Program-made: the position numbers and the translations under genes
The notes under the pieces: generated by a model
The model's input: the letters and a program-made list of their open reading frames with translations, nothing else
Told to the model about the DNA's origin: nothing
The model's database searches: none
Shown here: positions 25,831-40,306 of the stretch, piece after piece
How the letters are laid out: each line of letters starts with the position of its first letter
How positions within the stretch are numbered: position 1 is the stretch's first letter
DNA from: Escherichia coli
GTDB lineage: Bacteria; Pseudomonadota; Gammaproteobacteria; Enterobacterales; Enterobacteriaceae
Length of the DNA: 64,000 bases
Assembly (NCBI RefSeq): GCF_044324875.1
Contig: NZ_CP172185.1
Direction: 5' to 3' (one strand)

Positions 25831-27036
25831 TTAGCGTAAGTTAACCAGCGTGTTGAGGATCTGGTCCTGGGTTTTGATGGTCTGGGCGTTAGACTGATAG
25901 TTACGCTGAGCAACGATCATATTGACCAGTTCTTTACTGAGATCGACGTTGGACGCTTCCAGCGCACCGTTGGTCAGGGTGCCAAAGTTGCCCGTCCCGG
26001 CTGTCCCTAACAGCGCCACGCCAGAAGATTGCGTAGCGGACCAGACGTTGTCGCCTTCGGATGCCAGACCTTCGTTGTTGGCAAAGTTCGCCAGTACAAT
26101 CTGCCCCAGCAGTTGGGTTTGTTCGTTGGAATAGTTGCCGACAACCGTACCGTCATCATTGATTTGATAACTCACCAGATCGCCCGGTTTGTAGCCGTTC
26201 TGGGTGGTTGCCACAATGTTGTTAGCACCGGTATTTTGCTGCATGGAGTTGAGGAAACTCAGGCTAAACGTGGCGGGATCTGCGCCGTTAATTGCGCCAG
26301 TGGAAATATTCGCTGTTGGATCTGAGGTCAGAACGCCATTGGCATTAAACACCAGTGTTGTCGCTGTCTTCGCAATGCTGTTTGGATCACTACTATCCTG
26401 GGTGTAGACCTGCCAGTTATTATCCCCGGTCTTCACAAAGTAGACGCTCATGTCATGAGCATTACCCTGACTATCGAAAACAGTCACCGAACCTTTTTTG
26501 TTATAGCTATCCGCATTGCTGGCATCAAATGCGTTAACAGAGGGAAGCGGATCACTGGAATTCAGGTTGATCTGCATCGACGCCGTGGTGGTAGTTTTCG
26601 CTGCCATCAGGGTATTCGGAATCGAAATATTGGTCGGATTCGCCCCTTGCTGAATAGTCGGCGGCGTACCGGTTGCCGGGTAACCCGTCAGCTGTAAACC
26701 TTGCATATTCACCAGGTTACGGTTTTCATCCAGCTTAAATTGTCCGTTACGGCTGTAGAACACCGAACCGTTGCTGTCTACCAGACGGAAAAAACCGTTC
26801 TGGCTGATAGCAACGTCCAGACCTCGCCCGGTGTTGGTAGTCGTGCCATCGGTAAAGTCCTGGGTGATACCGGCAACTTTTACCCCCAGTCCCACTTTCG
26901 AACCGGCAAACATATCGGCAAAAGAGGCCGTGCCTGATTTAAAGCCGTAGGTGGCGGAGTTGGCGATATTGTTGCCAATAACATCGAGGTTGGTGGCGGC
27001 AGCGTTTAATCCGCTAACCGCTTGAGAAAAGGCCAT
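25831..27036 (-). CDS. flgE: Flagellar hook protein
   Basis: 401-aa ORF, hook family termini. Confidence 0.96.
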   Translation of the reverse strand: MAFSQAVSGLNAAATNLDVIGNNIANSATYGFKSGTASFADMFAGSKVGLGVKVAGITQDFTDGTTTNTGRGLDVAISQNGFFRLVDSNGSVFYSRNGQFKLDENRNLVNMQGLQLTGYPATGTPPTIQQGANPTNISIPNTLMAAKTTTTASMQINLNSSDPLPSVNAFDASNADSYNKKGSVTVFDSQGNAHDMSVYFVKTGDNNWQVYTQDSSDPNSIAKTATTLVFNANGVLTSDPTANISTGAINGADPATFSLSFLNSMQQNTGANNIVATTQNGYKPGDLVSYQINDDGTVVGNYSNEQTQLLGQIVLANFANNEGLASEGDNVWSATQSSGVALLGTAGTGNFGTLTNGALEASNVDLSKELVNMIVAQRNYQSNAQTIKTQDQILNTLVNLR

Positions 27037-27060
27037 GACTGACTCCTGAAATGTGAAGGC

Positions 27061-27756
27061 TTAAATTATCTGCCGTACTTCGTCGAGGGTGGTGGTGCCG
27101 TAAGTGCCGAGATCCAGCGTATTACCGTTGTTGCCGCGGATCACACCCTGCACCAGAGCAAACTGCAGCGGCTGGGCAACCAGTTGTGTACCACCGTTAC
27201 TGGCGCTAATCGCTACGTTGTAAGAACCGTTCGGCGCAGTGGTGCCGTCAGTCAACGTACCGTCCCAGGTGAAACTGTGGACTCCGGCGGTCAGTTCACC
27301 AATATCAATGGTACGGACAACCGCGCCATTTTTATCGGTGATGGTGGCCGTAACTTTGTCTGCCGCCTGTTGCAGCTCAACACCAAACGGCGTGGTCGTG
27401 GTCACAGCCCCTTCTTCACTGCCGGTTCCCGCAAGAACAGTGGTGCCGGGGATCATCACGCCGTGACCGATCAGGTTACTGGCCTGTAACGACTGGCTGT
27501 TATCAATCTGTCCGGAAATAGATCCGAGCGTGGTATTGAGTTTTTCAATCCCGCTGACCGTGCTGATTTGAGCCAATTGCGACGTCAGCTCGTTGTTTTC
27601 CATTGGATTGGTCGGGTCCTGGTTTTTCAGCTGCGCCACCAACAAAGTCAGAAAACTGCTTTGTAAATCTGCGGCGTTGCTGCCCGTGAGCGAACTACTA
27701 CTGGTGGTGCTGACGCCGGTATTTGTCGGATCGGTGGTGGTTACCGCAATGGACAT
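27061..27756 (-). CDS. flgD: Flagellar hook capping/assembly protein
   Basis: 231-aa ORF, Thr/Ser-rich N-terminus; position between flgC and flgE. Confidence 0.95.
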   Translation of the reverse strand: MSIAVTTTDPTNTGVSTTSSSSLTGSNAADLQSSFLTLLVAQLKNQDPTNPMENNELTSQLAQISTVSGIEKLNTTLGSISGQIDNSQSLQASNLIGHGVMIPGTTVLAGTGSEEGAVTTTTPFGVELQQAADKVTATITDKNGAVVRTIDIGELTAGVHSFTWDGTLTDGTTAPNGSYNVAISASNGGTQLVAQPLQFALVQGVIRGNNGNTLDLGTYGTTTLDEVRQII

Positions 27757-27767
27757 AGTTTTCTCCT

Positions 27768-28172
27768 TTATTGACCGAGCGTAAGGGTTTTCAGCATCAT
27801 GCTTTTCACCGTGTTGAGCACTTCAACATTGGCCTGATAGCTGCGTGACGCCGACATGGTGTTAACCATCTCTCCGACGACATCAACGTTTGGCATTTTC
27901 ACGTAGCCCTTTGCATCCGCCAGCGGATTACCCGGTTCATAAACCAGTTTGTCCGGGGCCTGACTTTCTATAACATCGGCAACCTTTACGCCGCCTGTCG
28001 CAGCACCTGGTGCAGCGTTAACCTGGAATACCACCTGTTTTGCCCGATATGGCTGTCCATCGGGACCGGTCACGCTATCAGCATTCGCCAGATTACTGGC
28101 CGCCACGTTCAGGCGCTGGGACTGGGCAGTTAACGCCGACCCGGCGATATCAAAAATATTCAGCAGTGCCAT
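27768..28172 (-). CDS. flgC: Flagellar proximal rod protein
   Basis: 134-aa ORF. Confidence 0.96.
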
Positions 28173-28175
28173 CCG

Positions 28176-28592
28176 TTAATTTCCGCTCTGTAAAACGTTC
28201 ATCATGCCTTTGATTTGCCCGCTCAACGCGCTAAGGCTCATCTGGTATTGCAGGCTGTTATCGGCAAACTGGGTACGTTCGCGATCCATATCGACGGTAT
28301 TACCGTCAAGCGAAGGCTGGTCCGGAATACGGTATTGCAGTTCTGCGGTAGGAGGCGTCAGCGCCTGCGCCGGAATGTGTTGCGTTGAGGTCATCGTCAG
28401 TGCAACCACGCTTGTTGCATCCCGTCCACGTTGCATGACTTTTTTAAGTTCACTGGCAAAATCGATATCGCGCGCCTGATAACCAGGGGTATCGGCATTG
28501 GCGATGTTTGCTGCCAGCACTTCCTGACGCTGGGCGCGCAGATTGAGCGCCTCTTGTTGAAAACGTAAGGCGGCGTCGAGCTTATCGAGCAT
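28176..28592 (-). CDS. flgB: Flagellar proximal rod protein
   Basis: 138-aa ORF; first gene of flgBCDEFGHIJ operon. Confidence 0.96.
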
Positions 28593-28746
28593 ATCTCCTC
28601 CGCAGGTATCAAAATTCTGCCATCAGCTTAAATGCCTTTACGCGCGCGTTATCGGCGGAATAAACGCAAAATGGGTCGCTATTTATGCCGTTGATGGTCA
28701 TTGCGGACAGGTACAATTCACGTTGTAGAAATGGCAGGGGGCGAAA
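28593..28746. promoter_or_regulatory. Divergent flgB / flgAMN class 2 promoter region (FlhD4C2-dependent)
   Basis: 154-bp divergent intergenic region between flgB and flgA; assignment from established flagellar regulon architecture. Confidence 0.55.
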
Positions 28747-29406
28747 ATGCTGGCAATAAAACGTAGCGTGGCGATCATCGCGATACTGTTCAGTCCGTTA
28801 AGTGCGGCGAGCAATCTCACATCGCAATTGCACACCTTTTTTAGCGCCCAGCTCGCGGGGGTAAGTGATGAGGTTCGTGTTTCTATTCGTACAGCGCCCA
28901 ATCTACTACCGCCGTGCGAGCAGCCATTGCTTTCGATGAGCAATAATTCCCGCCTGTGGGGCAATGTGAATGTGTTGGCACGCTGCGGTAACGACAAACG
29001 ATATTTACAGGTTAATGTGCAGGCCACAGGAAATTATGTGGTTGCCGCAATGCCCATTGTGCGGGGAGGAAAGCTGGAAGCTGGCAATGTCAAACTGAAA
29101 CGCGGACGGCTGGACACCTTGCCACCGCGTACGGTGCTGGATATCAATCAACTTGTTGATGCCGTTAGCCTGCGCGATCTATCACCCGATCAACCTATCC
29201 AGTTAACCCAGTTTCGCCAGGCATGGCGGGTAAAAGCGGGACAACGCGTCAACGTGATCGCCAGCGGTGATGGGTTTAGCGCCAACGCAGAAGGTCAGGC
29301 GCTGAACAATGCTGCCGTCGCACAGAATGCGCGGGTGCGCATGGTATCGGGACAGGTGGTCAGCGGCGTTGTTGATGCAGATGGGAATATTCTTATAAAC
29401 CTGTAA
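28747..29406 (+). CDS. flgA: Flagellar P-ring assembly chaperone
   Basis: 219-aa ORF with signal peptide. Confidence 0.95.
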   Translation: MLAIKRSVAIIAILFSPLSAASNLTSQLHTFFSAQLAGVSDEVRVSIRTAPNLLPPCEQPLLSMSNNSRLWGNVNVLARCGNDKRYLQVNVQATGNYVVAAMPIVRGGKLEAGNVKLKRGRLDTLPPRTVLDINQLVDAVSLRDLSPDQPIQLTQFRQAWRVKAGQRVNVIASGDGFSANAEGQALNNAAVAQNARVRMVSGQVVSGVVDADGNILINL

Positions 29407-29411
29407 GCTGT

Positions 29412-29438
29412 TAAAGATTACCCGTCCCTTGCCGATAA
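29412..29438 (+). promoter_or_regulatory. Sigma-28 (FliA) class 3 promoter for flgMN
   Basis: TAAAGATT-N11-GCCGATAA, near-consensus sigma-28 promoter 44 nt upstream of flgM ATG. Confidence 0.75.
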
Positions 29439-29481
29439 ATAAGCAACACATGATAAAAGCGCCCTCAATGAGGAATAAACC

Positions 29482-29775
29482 ATGAGTATTGATCGCACTT
29501 CGCCTCTGAAGCCCGTAAGCACCGTTCAACCGCGCGAAACCATTGACGCGGCGGTAACGAACACCCGGGCGGCAAAAACAACCGCCTCCACCAGCACCAG
29601 TGTGACGTTAAGCGACGCGCAAGCAAAACTGATGCAACCCGGCAGCAGTGATATCAATCTTGAACGTGTCGAAGCGTTAAAACTGGCGATTCGTAACGGT
29701 GAACTAAAAATGGACACCGGCAAAATTGCCGATGCGCTGATCAACGAAGCGCAGCAAGACTTGCAGAGTAACTGA
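29482..29775 (+). CDS. flgM: Anti-sigma-28 factor
   Basis: 97-aa ORF; position and size match FlgM. Confidence 0.96.
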   Translation: MSIDRTSPLKPVSTVQPRETIDAAVTNTRAAKTTASTSTSVTLSDAQAKLMQPGSSDINLERVEALKLAIRNGELKMDTGKIADALINEAQQDLQSN

Positions 29776-29779
29776 TCGT

Positions 29780-30196
29780 ATGACGCGTCTTGCAGAGATC
29801 CTCGACCAGATGTCCGCTGTGCTTAACGATCTCAAAACGGTAATGGATCAAGAGCAGCAACATCTCTCTATGGGGCAGATCAACGGCAGTCAGTTGCAAT
29901 GGATTACAGAACAAAAAAGCTCTCTGCTGGCGACGCTGGATTACCTCGAACAGTTACGCAGGAAAGAACCCAATTCAGCAAATAGCGTTGATATTAGTCA
30001 ACGCTGGCAGGAAATTACTGTGAAAACGCAGCAACTACGCCAAATGAATCAACATAACGGCTGGTTACTGGAAGGACAGATTGAGCGCAACCAACAAGCA
30101 CTGGAAATGTTGAAACCGCATCAGGAACCGACGCTATATGGAGCGAACGGTCAGACCTCAACAACCCATCGCGGCGGTAAAAAGATTTCGATCTGA
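29780..30196 (+). CDS. flgN: Flagellar export chaperone for FlgK/FlgL
   Basis: 138-aa ORF directly after flgM. Confidence 0.95.
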   Translation: MTRLAEILDQMSAVLNDLKTVMDQEQQHLSMGQINGSQLQWITEQKSSLLATLDYLEQLRRKEPNSANSVDISQRWQEITVKTQQLRQMNQHNGWLLEGQIERNQQALEMLKPHQEPTLYGANGQTSTTHRGGKKISI

Positions 30197-30235
30197 AGAT
30201 TATCTCCGGCCTGCACTGCAGGCCGGAATGCATTG

Positions 30236-31858
<1,623 letters not shown>

Positions 31859-31880
31859 CTACCGCCAGATGTTACAGGGT

Positions 31881-32804
31881 TTATTCACTCATCGCATCGC
31901 GCCAGATCTTGTCAATGATACGTTGCGCCAGCACGGCCTGTTCGCCGGCGGTTTGCGGAACTGTCTGATTTTGCACGCATTCAATGAAGTGCCGCGCACA
32001 GCCGACAAATCCACGTTGCTCAAGAGTGCTCTGCCAACCAGGAATCGGTTTATTCACTACACCCTGCCCACGCTCCTCACGCCATTCGCGCATATCCGTA
32101 ATGTCGATGAGCGCACCGTCAGTCACGGCCTGCACGGTTTCACGCTGGCTTCCGGCACGGCGATGCATACAGGTGGTGATCTGCAAAGGACCGGCCGAAA
32201 AATGGTGCTCGGCAAACAGCATTTCGCCAGCGTCATTAGTCAGTAGCGTACCGCCATCCAGAGAGGCTTTGCCGCCCGACAACCACAGCGCGGTATCCAC
32301 CACATGCAGATAATCATCCAGCAACGTGAAATAAAGATCGTGTGGCCCGACGCTATTGCTACGATGTTTATCCATTCTTAGCGAGGCTGCGGTGGCGAGT
32401 TGCGTTTTTAACTCACCGTAGAGTGGTGCGAAACGACGGTTAAAACCGACCATCAACGTCAGTTTTTTCCGCGCCGCAAGTTCCACCAGCCGTTCAGCAT
32501 CGCGCAGATTTTCTGCCAGCGGTTTATCGACACAGACATGTACCCCCGCATTGAGTAACGTACTGACCACGTCAAAGTGGCTGGCGGTGCTGGAATGCAC
32601 AAAAACCGCATCGCAACTGGCGGCAAGGCTGGATAACGAATCGGCATAAGGAATGCGCCAGCTTTCACAAATTGGCAGGGCTTTCGCGCGCGTAGGCGAC
32701 CAGGCTCCTTGTAACATCCAGTCAGACGCTGCCGCCAGCACCGGTAACCACGCTTTTTGCGCAATGCCGCCTAATCCCACTACGCCGATACGTAATTTTT
32801 TCAC
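31881..32804 (-). CDS. yceM: Gfo/Idh/MocA-family oxidoreductase
   Basis: ORF 31881..32837; Rossmann motif GVVGLGGIAQKA; start probably GTG giving 307 aa. Confidence 0.88.
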   Translation of the reverse strand: MKKLRIGVVGLGGIAQKAWLPVLAAASDWMLQGAWSPTRAKALPICESWRIPYADSLSSLAASCDAVFVHSSTASHFDVVSTLLNAGVHVCVDKPLAENLRDAERLVELAARKKLTLMVGFNRRFAPLYGELKTQLATAASLRMDKHRSNSVGPHDLYFTLLDDYLHVVDTALWLSGGKASLDGGTLLTNDAGEMLFAEHHFSAGPLQITTCMHRRAGSQRETVQAVTDGALIDITDMREWREERGQGVVNKPIPGWQSTLEQRGFVGCARHFIECVQNQTVPQTAGEQAVLAQRIIDKIWRDAMSE

Positions 32805-32805
32805 T

Positions 32806-34048
<1,243 letters not shown>

Positions 34049-34283
34049 TCTATACCTACTCCTTCCCGTAACGTCTTTAATACGCTGTAAGTATTACTAT
34101 ACCTGCGCAACCAGACCCTGTGAAAAGTCCAGAATGCCATTTTCTGCATTATTCACATATTTGATAAAAACTCTCTATCAAAGCGACGTTTTGATAAAAA
34201 AATATTGTCCCCGAAGTGATGGGAAAAGTCTTAGCGGCAATGCAGAATAGAAAGTGCTCATCTTTTATTTCCCGGGAGGGGAA

Positions 34284-35492
34284 ATGTCCCGCGTGTCGCA
34301 GGCGAGGAACCTGGGTAAATATTTCCTGCTCATCGATAATATGCTGGTCGTGCTGGGGTTCTTTGTTGTCTTCCCGCTGATCTCTATCCGCTTCGTTGAT
34401 CAAATGGGCTGGGCCGCCGTCATGGTCGGTATTGCCCTCGGCCTACGCCAGTTTATTCAGCAAGGTCTGGGTATTTTCGGCGGAGCAATTGCCGACCGCT
34501 TTGGTGCCAAACCGATGATTGTTACCGGTATGCTGATGCGTGCCGCCGGATTCGCCACAATGGGTATCGCCCACGAACCGTGGCTACTGTGGTTTTCATG
34601 CCTGCTTTCGGGACTCGGCGGCACGTTGTTTGATCCGCCGCGTTCGGCGCTGGTGGTGAAATTAATCCGTCCACAGCAGCGTGGTCGTTTTTTCTCGCTG
34701 TTGATGATGCAGGACAGTGCCGGTGCGGTCATTGGCGCATTGTTGGGGAGCTGGCTGTTGCAATACGACTTTCGCCTGGTCTGCGCCACAGGGGCAGTTT
34801 TGTTTGTGCTGTGTGCAGCGTTCAATGCGTGGTTGTTACCGGCATGGAAACTCTCCACCGTACGCACGCCCGTTCGCGAAGGCATGACCCGCGTGATGCG
34901 CGACAAGCGTTTTGTCACCTATGTCCTGACGCTGGCGGGTTACTACATGCTGGCTGTACAAGTGATGCTGATGCTGCCAATTATGGTCAACGACGTGGCG
35001 GGCGCGCCCTCTGCCGTTAAATGGATGTATGCCATTGAAGCGTGTCTGTCGTTAACGTTGCTCTATCCTATCGCCCGCTGGAGTGAAAAGCATTTTCGTC
35101 TGGAACATCGGTTGATGGCTGGGCTGTTGATAATGTCATTAAGCATGATGCCAGTGGGCATGGTCAGCGGCCTGCAACAACTTTTCACCCTGATTTGTCT
35201 GTTTTATATCGGGTCGATCATTGCCGAGCCTGCGCGTGAAACCTTAAGTGCTTCGCTGGCAGACGCAAGAGCTCGCGGCAGCTATATGGGGTTTAGCCGT
35301 CTGGGTCTGGCGATTGGCGGCGCTATTGGTTATATCGGTGGCGGCTGGCTGTTTGACCTGGGCAAATCGGCGCACCAGCCAGAGCTTCCGTGGATGATGC
35401 TGGGCATTATTGGCATCTTCACTTTCCTTGCGCTGGGTTGGCAGTTTAGCCAGAAACGCGCCGCGCGTCGTTTGCTTGAACGCGACGCCTGA
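34284..35492 (+). CDS. mdtH: MFS multidrug efflux transporter
   Basis: ORF 34254..35492 trimmed to [13 protein letters not shown].. (402 aa) with RBS gggagggg upstream; 12-TM MFS profile. Confidence 0.93.
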
Positions 35493-35555
35493 TTTGATAC
35501 TCCCCCCTGACTCCTCCATACTGAAAGTGAACTGACAGCCAAATGGAGGAGTCAC

Positions 35556-36203
35556 GTGAAGCTATACATTTACGATCACTGCCCTTACTGCCTCAAAGCC
35601 CGCATGATTTTCGGCCTGAAAAATATCCCCGTCGAATTACATGTTCTGCTCAACGACGACGCAGAAACACCCACCCGGATGGTCGGTCAAAAACAGGTTC
35701 CCATTCTGCAAAAAGATGACAGCCGCTATATGCCAGAAAGCATGGACATCGTTCACTATGTCGATAAACTCGACGGCAAACCGTTACTGACCGGCAAACG
35801 TTCCCCTGCCATTGAAGAGTGGCTGCGCAAGGTCAATGGCTACGCCAACAAACTGCTGTTGCCGCGTTTTGCCAAATCGGCATTTGATGAGTTTTCTACT
35901 CCCGCCGCGCGCAAATATTTCGTCGACAAGAAAGAGGCCAGCGCGGGTAATTTTGCCGACCTGCTGGCCCACTCTGACGGTCTGATTAAGAATATCAGCG
36001 ATGATTTACGTGCGCTGGACAAACTGATCGTCAAACCGAACGCCGTGAATGGCGAACTTTCGGAAGATGATATTCAGCTATTTCCGCTCCTGCGTAATCT
36101 GACGCTGGTAGCCGGAATCAACTGGCCAAGCCGCGTTGCTGATTACCGCGATAATATGGCGAAACAGACACAAATCAATTTGTTATCATCAATGGCGATT
36201 TAA
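35556..36203 (+). CDS. grxB: Glutaredoxin 2
   Basis: 215-aa ORF with CPYC active site. Confidence 0.96.
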   Translation: MKLYIYDHCPYCLKARMIFGLKNIPVELHVLLNDDAETPTRMVGQKQVPILQKDDSRYMPESMDIVHYVDKLDGKPLLTGKRSPAIEEWLRKVNGYANKLLLPRFAKSAFDEFSTPAARKYFVDKKEASAGNFADLLAHSDGLIKNISDDLRALDKLIVKPNAVNGELSEDDIQLFPLLRNLTLVAGINWPSRVADYRDNMAKQTQINLLSSMAI

Positions 36204-36336
36204 TCCTGACCCGCCGCGGCAGCCTGTATTCGCGGGTTGCCGCCGTTTTCAGTTTTTTCTGCTGGCGCGTTTATCGCTGGTGACACATGCTGCGTTGTGT
36301 CAGGATATTGACGCAGATTTCATGTCGAGGACTACC

Positions 36337-36897
36337 ATGAACAAGTTTTTATTTGCCGCTGCATTGATCGTCAGTGGCCTGCTCGTTGGCTGTAATCAAC
36401 TCACCCAATACACCATCACCGAACAAGAAATTAACCAGTCGCTTGCGAAACATAATAATTTCTCAAAAGATATCGGTTTACCCGGCGTGGCTGACGCCCA
36501 TATTGTTCTGACAAACCTGACCAGCCAAATTGGTCGCGAAGAGCCGAATAAGGTTACCCTAACCGGAGACGCCAATCTGGACATGAACTCCCTGTTCGGT
36601 AGCCAGAAAGCGACCATGAAACTGAAGCTGAAAGCGCTGCCCGTGTTTGATAAAGAAAAAGGTGCGATCTTCCTGAAAGAGATGGAAGTGGTCGATGCGA
36701 CGGTACAACCGGAAAAAATGCAAACGGTGATGCAAACGTTGCTCCCCTATTTGAACCAGGCATTACGCAATTACTTTAACCAGCAACCAGCTTACGTCCT
36801 GCGCGAAGATGGCAGCCAGGGCGAAGCAATGGCGAAGAAACTGGCGAAAGGCATTGAAGTGAAGCCAGGCGAAATTGTCATTCCGTTTACTGATTAA
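36337..36897 (+). CDS. yceB: DUF1439 lipoprotein YceB
   Basis: ORF 36136..36897 trimmed to MNKFLFAAALIVSGLLVGC.. (186 aa); lipobox LVGC. Confidence 0.9.
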   Translation: MNKFLFAAALIVSGLLVGCNQLTQYTITEQEINQSLAKHNNFSKDIGLPGVADAHIVLTNLTSQIGREEPNKVTLTGDANLDMNSLFGSQKATMKLKLKALPVFDKEKGAIFLKEMEVVDATVQPEKMQTVMQTLLPYLNQALRNYFNQQPAYVLREDGSQGEAMAKKLAKGIEVKPGEIVIPFTD

Positions 36898-36901
36898 TCA
36901 C

Positions 36902-36928
36902 GAGGGCGCATTCGCGCCCTTTATTTTT
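36902..36928 (+). terminator. Rho-independent terminator of yceB
   Basis: Hairpin gagggcgc-attc-gcgccct followed by TTTATTTTT. Confidence 0.6.
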
Positions 36929-36935
36929 CGTGCAA

Positions 36936-36951
36936 AGGAAAACGTTTCCGC
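36936..36951 (+). promoter_or_regulatory. PurR operator in pyrC promoter
   Basis: aggaaaacgtttccgc, palindromic around AAACGTTT, matching the PurR box consensus, about 55 nt upstream of pyrC. Confidence 0.6.
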
Positions 36952-37002
36952 TTATCCTTTGTGTCCGGCAAAAACATCCCTTCAGCCGGAGCATAGAGAT
37001 TA

Positions 37003-38049
37003 ATGACTGCACCATCCCAGGTATTAAAGATCCGCCGCCCAGACGACTGGCACCTTCACCTCCGCGATGGCGACATGTTAAAAACTGTCGTGCCGTATAC
37101 CAGCGAAATTTATGGACGGGCTATCGTAATGCCCAATCTGGCTCCGCCCGTGACCACCGTTGAGGCTGCCGTGGCTTATCGCCAGCGTATTCTTGACGCC
37201 GTACCTGCCGGGCACGATTTCAGCCCGCTGATGACCTGTTATTTGACAGATTCACTAGACCCTAATGAGCTTGAGCGTGGATTTAACGAAGGCGTGTTCA
37301 CCGCTGCCAAACTTTACCCGGCAAACGCAACCACTAACTCCAGTCACGGCGTGACGTCAGTTGACGCAATCATGCCGGTACTTGAGCGCATGGAAAAAAT
37401 CGGTATGCCGTTACTGGTGCATGGTGAAGTGACACATGCAGATATCGACATTTTTGATCGTGAAGCGCGCTTTATTGAAAGCGTGATGGAACCGCTGCGC
37501 CAGCGCCTGACTGCGCTGAAAGTCGTTTTTGAGCACATCACCACCAAAGATGCTGCCGACTATGTCCGTAACGGAAATGAACGGCTGGCTGCCACCATCA
37601 CTCCGCAGCATCTGATGTTTAACCGCAACCATATGCTGGTTGGTGGCGTGCGTCCACACCTGTATTGTCTACCCATCCTCAAACGCAATATTCACCAACA
37701 GGCACTGCGTGAACTGGTCGCCAGCGGTTTTAATCGCGTATTCCTCGGTACGGATTCTGCGCCGCATGCACGTCATCGCAAAGAGAGCAGCTGCGGCTGC
37801 GCGGGCTGCTTCAACGCCCCCACCGCGCTGGGCAGTTACGCTACCGTCTTTGAAGAGATGAATGCTCTGCAGCACTTTGAAGCATTCTGTTCTGTAAACG
37901 GCCCGCAGTTCTATGGCTTGCCGGTCAACGACACATTCATCGAACTGGTCCGCGAAGAGCAACAGGTTGCTGAAAGCATCGCATTGACTGATGACACACT
38001 GGTGCCATTCCTCGCCGGGGAAACGGTACGCTGGTCCGTTAAACAATAA
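37003..38049 (+). CDS. pyrC: Dihydroorotase
   Basis: 348-aa ORF with DxHLHLRD metal-binding N-terminus. Confidence 0.97.
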   Translation: MTAPSQVLKIRRPDDWHLHLRDGDMLKTVVPYTSEIYGRAIVMPNLAPPVTTVEAAVAYRQRILDAVPAGHDFSPLMTCYLTDSLDPNELERGFNEGVFTAAKLYPANATTNSSHGVTSVDAIMPVLERMEKIGMPLLVHGEVTHADIDIFDREARFIESVMEPLRQRLTALKVVFEHITTKDAADYVRNGNERLAATITPQHLMFNRNHMLVGGVRPHLYCLPILKRNIHQQALRELVASGFNRVFLGTDSAPHARHRKESSCGCAGCFNAPTALGSYATVFEEMNALQHFEAFCSVNGPQFYGLPVNDTFIELVREEQQVAESIALTDDTLVPFLAGETVRWSVKQ

Positions 38050-38085
38050 AAATCCTAGCTTCCTGTTGTCATTAGGTTATTTTAC

Positions 38086-38101
38086 CTGTATAAATAACCA
38101 G
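38086..38101 (+). promoter_or_regulatory. LexA (SOS) box of dinI promoter
   Basis: CTGTATAAATAACCAG matches CTGT-N8-ACAG-type SOS box, 22 nt upstream of dinI ATG. Confidence 0.75.
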
Positions 38102-38122
38102 TATATTCAACAGGGGGCTATT

Positions 38123-38368
38123 ATGCGAATTGAAGTCACCATAGCGAAAACTTCTCCATTGCCAGCTGGGGCTATTGACGCCCTGGCTGGCGAACTTTCC
38201 CGCCGTATTCAGTATGCGTTTCCTGATAATGAAGGCCACGTATCGGTACGTTATGCCGCAGCGAATAATTTATCGGTTATTGGCGCAACAAAAGAAGATA
38301 AACAGCGCATTAGCGAAATTCTCCAGGAAACGTGGGAAAGCGCCGATGACTGGTTTGTCAGCGAATAA
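38123..38368 (+). CDS. dinI: DNA damage-inducible protein I
   Basis: 81-aa ORF (MRIEVTIAKT..DDWFVSE) inside ORF-track entry 37991..38368; preceded by LexA box. Confidence 0.93.
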   Translation: MRIEVTIAKTSPLPAGAIDALAGELSRRIQYAFPDNEGHVSVRYAAANNLSVIGATKEDKQRISEILQETWESADDWFVSE

Positions 38369-38657
38369 TATGCAGTGATTTTTGTTTTTGCCGGGTCGCC
38401 CCGGCTTTTTTATTTTACTTACAAATTTTGAGTACAAAATTTCTACACTTCCTCAAAATAATTGCACAATATGCTAAAAAAATATGAATGACATGCTGTT
38501 TTATTGTTCATATAAATCTTAAAAGCAGAAATTTATCTGTTCCCCCCTTTAAAAATTCGGTGAATACCCTTACTTATTGGTATACTGAAGTTGCTTCAGA
38601 TAAAAACGCATTGAACCTCGAATAACGTTGTCTAGTAACACGAATTAGGGGGCCATG

Positions 38658-38912
38658 ATGGAAAAAAATAATGAAGTCATTCAGACTCATCCGCTCGTAG
38701 GGTGGGACATCAGCACCGTTGATAGCTATGATGCGCTGATGTTGCGTTTGCACTACCAGACCCCAAATAAGTCCGAGCAGGAAGGGACTGAAGTTGGTCA
38801 GACGCTCTGGTTAACCACTGATGTTGCCAGACAATTTATTTCGATATTAGAAGCAGGAATCGCCAAAATTGAATCCGGTGATTTCCCGGTAAACGAGTAT
38901 CGGCGTCATTAA
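38658..38912 (+). CDS. bssS: Biofilm regulator BssS
   Basis: 84-aa ORF (MEKNNEVIQTHPLVGWD..). Confidence 0.9.
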   Translation: MEKNNEVIQTHPLVGWDISTVDSYDALMLRLHYQTPNKSEQEGTEVGQTLWLTTDVARQFISILEAGIAKIESGDFPVNEYRRH

Positions 38913-39026
38913 CATGACATGACCATCCACCCAAAAGGCACCTCACCGGTGCCTTTACCATTTCTGGGTTGTATATCTGCATTCAGTTAATTACTCTGCT
39001 TAAACCATGAGAGCAGAGAGAAAAAA

Positions 39027-40145
39027 ATGAAATACGATCTCATCATTATTGGCAGCGGTTCCGTAGGCGCTGCCGCCGGGTATTATGCAACCCGTGCCGG
39101 TTTAAACGTGCTAATGACCGACGCCCATATGCCACCACATCAACACGGCAGCCACCACGGCGATACGCGATTAATTCGCCATGCTTATGGTGAAGGCGAA
39201 AAGTATGTCCCGCTGGTTCTCCGCGCGCAAACGCTGTGGGATGAACTCTCCCGCCACAACGAAGAAGATCCCATTTTTGTACGCTCTGGCGTCATTAACC
39301 TTGGCCCGGCTGATTCCACATTTCTCGCCAACGTCGCCCACAGCGCCGAACAATGGCAACTCAACGTTGAAAAGCTCGATGCGCAAGGGATTATGGCCCG
39401 CTGGCCGGAAATACGCGTCCCGGACAACTACATCGGCTTATTTGAGACTGATTCCGGTTTTTTGCGCAGCGAACTGGCGATTAAAACCTGGATCCAACTG
39501 GCGAAGGAAGCGGGCTGTGCGCAGCTGTTCAACTGCCCGGTCACCGCAATTCGTCATGACGATGATGGCGTAACTATTGAAACGGCTGACGGTGATTATC
39601 AGGCGAAAAAAGCGATTGTCTGCGCGGGAACATGGGTAAAAGACCTGCTCCCGGAGCTGCCTGTCCAGCCCGTACGCAAAGTATTTGCCTGGTATCAGGC
39701 CGATGGTCGCTATAGCGTGAAGAATAAATTCCCGGCGTTTACCGGTGAACTGCCCAATGGCGATCAATATTATGGTTTTCCGGCAGAAAACGACGCGTTG
39801 AAGATTGGCAAACATAACGGAGGCCAGGTTATCCATTCAGCGGATGAACGTGTTCCGTTTGCGGAAGTGGTCAGCGATGGTTCGGAAGCCTTCCCGTTCT
39901 TGCGCAATGTATTGCCGGGTATCGGTTGCTGCCTGTACGGCGCTGCCTGCACCTATGATAATTCGCCTGACGAAGATTTTATTATCGATACCCTACCCGA
40001 CCACGATAATACACTGCTCATTACCGGCCTGAGTGGGCACGGTTTTAAATTTGCGTCAGTTTTAGGGGAAATAGCTGCCGATTTTGCGCAAGACAAAAAA
40101 AGCGATTTTGATTTGACGCCATTCAGGCTTTCCCGCTTCCAATAA
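39027..40145 (+). CDS. solA: N-methyl-L-tryptophan oxidase
   Basis: 372-aa ORF with FAD dinucleotide-binding motif [12 protein letters not shown]. Confidence 0.96.
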
Positions 40146-40192
40146 TCATCATTACGGCCTCCAGAATGAGGCCGTTTTTACAGGAGTATTTA

Positions 40193-40306
40193 ATGCGTCG
40201 GCTGTTGCACTATCTCATCAATAATATTCGCGAGCATCTGATGCTTTATCTTTTTCTCTGGGGATTGTTGGCAATTATGGATCTGATCTATGTGTTTTAT
40301 TTTTAG
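40193..40306 (+). CDS. yceO: Small hydrophobic protein YceO
   Basis: 37-codon ORF read by hand ([37 protein letters not shown]), below ORF-track cutoff; position solA-yceJ matches K-12 yceO. Confidence 0.5.
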